DNA of 28,778 nucleotides from Myxococcales bacterium (GTDB taxonomy: Bacteria > Myxococcota_A > UBA9042). This document shows positions 24,294-28,778 of the stretch, in pieces (the first letter of the stretch is position 1; every line of letters starts with the position of its first letter). The translations under genes were made by a program, and so were the position numbers. The DNA lies in assembly GCA_037441385.1 (NCBI GenBank), contig JBBISH010000086.1:1-28778 (forward strand), in the 5' to 3' direction. The notes beneath the pieces were generated by a model. That model saw only the letters and a program-made list of their open reading frames with translations, did not search any database and had not been told where the DNA came from.

Positions 24294-25973
24294 TCACGGC
24301 CCCGGCGCGCACCCCGAATCATCGCTGTCGTAGAACCGGATCGCTAGGCCGTAGGTGGGCGAGGCGCTGGGGCCGGTGTCGCTTCCGACGATAAGGCCCT
24401 CGTCGCAGCCGCTGCCTGGCCGCCACGCCACGTCGAGCAAGAACGTGTTGAAGTTGCCGACCCAAGGGGCCTTGTCAAAGCCGCCAATGCTCTGGTTGAC
24501 CCAGTCCTGGGCGTTGTAGGCGCTGGCCAGGCCCGAGCGCAGCTCGAACACGGTGGCGGCCATCGGCGAGCCCGTGGCGCGGCCCACCACCAAGGCGCGC
24601 GTACCGGCGCCGTTCCAGCCGATCGCTTGGGGCGACGCGCCGTTGTTCACGCCGGGTAGGTAGGTCGACTGCCAAGTGCCGTCAAAAACGTAGACCAAGT
24701 TGCTGGACCAGCCCGTCACGACGCCGAATTCGCCCGCCGGTCGCCAACCCGCGCCGCCCGCGTTGCCAAAGCCGGGCGACCAGCCATTGGCCAGGACGTC
24801 GCCACTGTCCAAGACCCAGGTGCGGCTGTCGGCGCCGTTGACGCCGTGGGCCGTGACGATCGCCTGGCTGCCCGACAGACCCGGCAAGCCCTTGCCAGCC
24901 CACATCAAATCGCTGATGCCGACCAGGCTGCTGAACGCCTTGGTCTTGGTGATGCCGCTGCCGTCTTGCCACAAATACAGGTAGGTAATGCCAGGATTGG
25001 CTTGGCGGGTCGCCACCACGAAGCGCACGCCCCCTGGTTCCGCAGCCACCGCGGCAGGTTCCCCCGTGAGCGTCGCGGTCTGCGCGGCAAACACCAGCTG
25101 ACCGGCCGCGTCGGCCGCCCCGCGCCAAAGCTGTGCTGCGCCCGCGCTGTTCTTGCCCAGGACCAAGAAGAATGCGCCGGCCGGGTCGGCGGCCAGGTCC
25201 ACCGCGTCCTTGCCCAGTGTCGTCACGGCCGCGATCGACGCCTGCCCAGCATCCCAGCGCAGCACTTGACCCTGGGTGCCCAGGAGCAGCGCAAACTTGC
25301 CGCTCGGGTGCCACACCGCGCGCCGCAGATCGTCTTTGGCCACCAGGTTGCCCAGCCGTTCGTACAGCAGCAGGCCCGGCGCAAACGGCTTGGCCGCGCT
25401 GTCGGCACCCGCGTCGACGGTCTCCGCATCCGTTGCAGCGTCGGTCGCAGCGTCTGCCACCGCGTCGGCATCCGCGGCCCCCGTGTCGGCTGGCTGTACG
25501 TCGGCGACGACGTCGGGTTCGGCATCCACCTCGGTCTGGCCCGCGTCGACAACGTCCGCCTTGGCACTGTCGGGTTGGCTGGTATCGCTGTCGGTCTTGG
25601 CGTCGGGCTCACTGTCGGCTGTGGCGTCCTTGGCGTCGACCAGGACGGCATCGGCCAGGGCATCCTTGGCGACTGCGACATCCGGAACATCGCTCGTCGC
25701 CTTGGTATCGCCGCCCCCGGTGTCTTTGACCGAAGCGTCCAGGCTGCCGCCGTCGCCGCCGAACAGCGGACTTTCGCACTTGCCGTACGTGCAGGTCTGG
25801 CTGGGCCCGCATGTCTCGGCCACGACAAAGGTGCGCGTCTCCAGACAGAGCATCACCTGGTTGCCTTGGCACCAGCGCGTGCTGGGTTGGCAGTTGGTCG
25901 CCGCTGCCGGACCCGTACATGCCGCCAACGCGAGCAGCGGCCATAGCCATCGCGTCCAGCGCCTTGCCCTCAT
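24294..25973 (-). CDS. Lipoprotein with a small Cys-rich module, an Asp/Ala/Thr-rich linker and a WD40-like beta-propeller
   Basis: MRARRWTRWLWPLLALAA-C lipobox; 6-Cys module; long acidic linker; blade motifs AVWHPSG, LAADPAG, VAAEPGG, AGWRPAG, IGWNGAG, VAWRPGS. Confidence 0.85.
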   Translation of the reverse strand: MRARRWTRWLWPLLALAACTGPAAATNCQPSTRWCQGNQVMLCLETRTFVVAETCGPSQTCTYGKCESPLFGGDGGSLDASVKDTGGGDTKATSDVPDVAVAKDALADAVLVDAKDATADSEPDAKTDSDTSQPDSAKADVVDAGQTEVDAEPDVVADVQPADTGAADADAVADAATDAATDAETVDAGADSAAKPFAPGLLLYERLGNLVAKDDLRRAVWHPSGKFALLLGTQGQVLRWDAGQASIAAVTTLGKDAVDLAADPAGAFFLVLGKNSAGAAQLWRGAADAAGQLVFAAQTATLTGEPAAVAAEPGGVRFVVATRQANPGITYLYLWQDGSGITKTKAFSSLVGISDLMWAGKGLPGLSGSQAIVTAHGVNGADSRTWVLDSGDVLANGWSPGFGNAGGAGWRPAGEFGVVTGWSSNLVYVFDGTWQSTYLPGVNNGASPQAIGWNGAGTRALVVGRATGSPMAATVFELRSGLASAYNAQDWVNQSIGGFDKAPWVGNFNTFLLDVAWRPGSGCDEGLIVGSDTGPSASPTYGLAIRFYDSDDSGCAPGP

Positions 25974-26083
25974 CGCACCGTCCCGGCCGCGCATTGTCGT
26001 TGGCGGCGGCGCTGGCAATCTAGCGGCCCGGCATTGGCCTGTCAAAACCGGAGGTAGGGGCAAAGGCTACCCTGCGTCTGGGC

Positions 26084-26452
26084 CTACTTGCCCTGCCAGT
26101 CGCGCAGAGCCTGGACCGCCTGCTCCAGGGCCGCCTCCAGCGTCGCACCCGTCCAGGCTCCGGCCACGCTGCCGCCTGGCTCGGTCACTACGCAGCAGGG
26201 CAGGGTAGCGCGACCGTCCCCCACGCCCAGGGCGCGCGCCACGGCGCCATCGCGGTCTTGGGCCCTGTCCACGCACGTAAGCGCGGCCAGGTTGCCCACC
26301 CGAGTCTGAATGGGATCGCAGTTGCAGGTGCCTGGGCTCAGCGCCAGCAGCCACCACTGCCCGGCCGGCGGGCCGAGCGGCCGACGATCCACCGCAAGTG
26401 GCGGCAGTGGATCGCCAGGCCGCAACAGCCAAGCCCAGTCCGTTGCTAGCAT
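26084..26452 (-). CDS. Small degenerate redoxin/AhpC-TSA-like protein (122 aa)
   Basis: The ATG overlaps the upstream TAA (TAATG at 26454-26450). LRPGDPLPP...GQWWLLALSPGTCNC...DRDGAVARALGV...LPCCVVTEPGGSV matches the redoxin strand/helix pattern. Confidence 0.6.
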   Translation of the reverse strand: MLATDWAWLLRPGDPLPPLAVDRRPLGPPAGQWWLLALSPGTCNCDPIQTRVGNLAALTCVDRAQDRDGAVARALGVGDGRATLPCCVVTEPGGSVAGAWTGATLEAALEQAVQALRDWQGK

Positions 26453-28776
26453 TACTTCGTACGGATGCGCGCGACCAGGTTGGCGGTCATCGTGGCCGCG
26501 TTCTGCACGATCGCGCCGTTGTTGTCGACGCCCTGCGAGCCGACCAGATACAGCCAGCCGGTCTGGGCATCGAACCAAGCGCGGCGCACGGCGGTGCGCG
26601 ACAGGGCCGTCGCGTTGCCGCAGCTGGACAGCGTCTTGCTCATGACCAAGAGCTGGTCCCAGGTCCAGGTGCCGGCGGTGGCGTCAAACGTGCCGTGAAG
26701 CACAAAGGCGCTGCGGCAGATGGTGGTGCCCGTGGTCGGCGTGTACTCGCCCACCACCCAGCCGTCGCTGCCCACGACCGAGATGCCGCGCACGTCGAAC
26801 TCGGCGCTCCACGGGATCACCGCACCCTTCACGTTCGGCACTTGCTGGGTCCAGGTGTCCTTGTCAAAGCTGTACAGCGTGCCCAGCGAGCCGCCGACCA
26901 GAACATGGCTGGCCGAGCTGCCGTGGATGGCGCGGAACTCGCCGACCGGCGTACCCGTGGCCGTCTGGTTGACCGTCAAATCCTGCGCGGCGGTGCTGTT
27001 CGTCGTGATGAGACCGTTGAAGTTGTCCACGTTTCCGCAGGTGTTGGTGGTGTTGCCGTCGTAGAAGCCGACCACCGACTGATTGGGGGTGCCGGCCACC
27101 GTGCCCGCGTAGAAGACTGCCGTGGCGCTGGCGGCGAAGATGTCGGCAACACCCAGAGACACCGGAGTGGCGCAGGCGGTGCCGGTGCCCGCCGCCGCGT
27201 ACATGCGCTGGAAGCCCTGGAACCCGTTGTTGTTGGTCCAGCCGATGCGCGAGATGTTGGACTTCCACATGTTGTTGTTGGCGTTGTCGGCGCCGCCGCC
27301 CAGGTAGTAGGTCTCTTGGTTGGCGTTGGTGGCGATGAGGTCCACGGCGGTCGCGCCCTTGGTGTAGCCGTTGACGGGCGCGTTGTTGTTGAACCAGTTG
27401 CCCTGCAAGAACTGCATCGCCGTGCCCTGGGTGTTGGCCACGTTGCCGCCCACCGACAAGCGCCGCGCTACGTCGGCCAAGTAGGTGTTGTTGTTGCTAT
27501 TGGCGGCGAAGACGATGTTGACCGGCGGGTCGGTGATGGTGTGCATGATGCCAATCGGCGTGCCGGCCCAAATCGTGGTGCCCGAACCGAACACCTGGGT
27601 GTTGCTGACGCGATCGATGCCGGTCATCAGGTTGTTCGGGCCGTTTTGGGCGTTGATGATGTAGGCCTTGCTCGACACGCCGGTGCAGTAGGTGTTGTGG
27701 CAGTAGCCGTAGGCGGCGGTGGTGTCGGCCGGGGTGCAGGCCGTGCCGTAGGCGACGGTGGCGTTGACGCAGCCCTTGGCGGCGTCGCAGCTGTCGGTGG
27801 TGCAGGCGTTGTTGTCGTTGCACGCCGTGGGCGCCGGCAGGACGCACGAGCCGTTGGTGCACGAGCCCGCGCCCGTGTAGTTCAGGCCGTTGCACGTGCC
27901 CGCGCCGCAGGCCGAGCCATTGGCCTTGGTGGCGTAGACGCAACCGATGGTCTTGTCACAGCTATCGGCGGTGCACGAGTTGCTGTCGTCGCACACCGGC
28001 GCCGGGCCGCCCACGCACGCGCCATTGGCGCAGGTGTCCTGAGTGGTGCAGGCGTTGCCGTCGGTGCAGGGGGCCGTGTTCGGCGTGTTGATGCAGCCCT
28101 TGACCTGGTCGCAGCTGTCGTTGGTGCAGGGGTTGTTGTCGTTGCACACCGTGGGGCCGCCCGACTTGCAGGTGCCGCTCGCGCACACGTCGCCGGTCGT
28201 GCAGGCGTTGCCATCGTCGCAGGCGACGGTGTTGTTGGCGTGGGCGCAACCGGTCTTGCTGTCGCACGAATCGGTAGTGCACACGTTCTTGTCGTCACAG
28301 TTGGTCGGGGTCGGGCCCTTGCAGGCGCCGCCGCTGCACACGTCGCCCGCGGTGCAGGCGTTGCCGTCGTCGCAGGGGTCGCTGTTGTTGGTGAACACGC
28401 AGCCCTTGGCCGGGTCGCAGGTGTCGTCGGTGCAGGGGTTCTTGTCGTCGCAGACGACTGCGGTGCCACCGCACTTGGTGCCGCTGCAGATGTCGCTGCT
28501 GGTGCAGGCGCTGTTGTCGTTGCACAGGGCGGTGTTGGCCTTGTGCAGGCAACCGGTGGTCGAGTTGCACAGGTCGTCGGTGCAGGGGTTCAGGTCGTCG
28601 CAGCTCTGCGCCGCCGGGGCCGCACCGCACTTGCCGCTGCCGCACACCGGCGCGGCGTGGAAGCCGTCGTTGCCGCAGCTGGGCGAGCCGCAGGCGGTGC
28701 CGTCGCTGGCGTTGGTGTTCTTGCAGCCCGTGACCGCGTCACAAGTGTCGACCGTGCAGGGGTTGCCGTCGTCGCA
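26452..28776 (-). CDS. 5'-truncated large extracellular protein: tandem CDDxNxCTxDxC Cys-rich repeats plus a C-terminal Asn-rich beta-propeller-like domain
   Basis: The frame stays open to the window edge (CDDGNPCTVDTCDAVTGC...). Alternating CxDxNPCTxDxCDxxxGC and CxDGNACTxxDxCxxGxC units. C-terminal blades FRAIHGSSASHVLVGG and DVRGISVVGSDGWVVG. Confidence 0.88.
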   Translation of the reverse strand, partial: CDDGNPCTVDTCDAVTGCKNTNASDGTACGSPSCGNDGFHAAPVCGSGKCGAAPAAQSCDDLNPCTDDLCNSTTGCLHKANTALCNDNSACTSSDICSGTKCGGTAVVCDDKNPCTDDTCDPAKGCVFTNNSDPCDDGNACTAGDVCSGGACKGPTPTNCDDKNVCTTDSCDSKTGCAHANNTVACDDGNACTTGDVCASGTCKSGGPTVCNDNNPCTNDSCDQVKGCINTPNTAPCTDGNACTTQDTCANGACVGGPAPVCDDSNSCTADSCDKTIGCVYATKANGSACGAGTCNGLNYTGAGSCTNGSCVLPAPTACNDNNACTTDSCDAAKGCVNATVAYGTACTPADTTAAYGYCHNTYCTGVSSKAYIINAQNGPNNLMTGIDRVSNTQVFGSGTTIWAGTPIGIMHTITDPPVNIVFAANSNNNTYLADVARRLSVGGNVANTQGTAMQFLQGNWFNNNAPVNGYTKGATAVDLIATNANQETYYLGGGADNANNNMWKSNISRIGWTNNNGFQGFQRMYAAAGTGTACATPVSLGVADIFAASATAVFYAGTVAGTPNQSVVGFYDGNTTNTCGNVDNFNGLITTNSTAAQDLTVNQTATGTPVGEFRAIHGSSASHVLVGGSLGTLYSFDKDTWTQQVPNVKGAVIPWSAEFDVRGISVVGSDGWVVGEYTPTTGTTICRSAFVLHGTFDATAGTWTWDQLLVMSKTLSSCGNATALSRTAVRRAWFDAQTGWLYLVGSQGVDNNGAIVQNAATMTANLVARIRTK

Positions 28777-28778
28777 GT

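Overview
GC-rich, gene-dense chromosomal window, probably from Myxococcota (inferred from Myxococcus-type Cys-rich repeats and Cys/Asp-rich lipoproteins). All calls are motif recognition by eye; no searches were run. Left end: a 4x lamin-tail/TSP3/Cys-rich lipoprotein (-), a secreted TPR protein (+), a palindrome- and repeat-rich spacer, and a UshA-like selenoprotein (-). The ORF track splits the selenoprotein at an in-frame UGA (PCG-U) that is followed by a clear bacterial SECIS-like hairpin. Next come a polytopic membrane protein and glutamate-cysteine ligase. The main feature is a tightly packed ~14.5 kb + strand cluster (9774-24287). It encodes a TlpA-like thioredoxin lipoprotein, a small Zn-ribbon protein with repeated T-R-x-V motifs, a membrane-anchored FHA protein, a Cys-rich single-pass membrane protein and an 1101-aa FtsZl1/Tubulin_2 GTPase with intact motifs. 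It also encodes an apparently inactive, membrane-hairpin-bearing paralog of that tubulin, a ~5-TM-anchored degenerate MrfA/DUF1998 helicase, a transmembrane pseudokinase and a VKOR-DsbA fusion. Right end (-): a beta-propeller lipoprotein, a small redoxin-like gene and a 5'-truncated Cys-repeat surface protein. No rRNA, tRNA, CRISPR array or transposase was seen.
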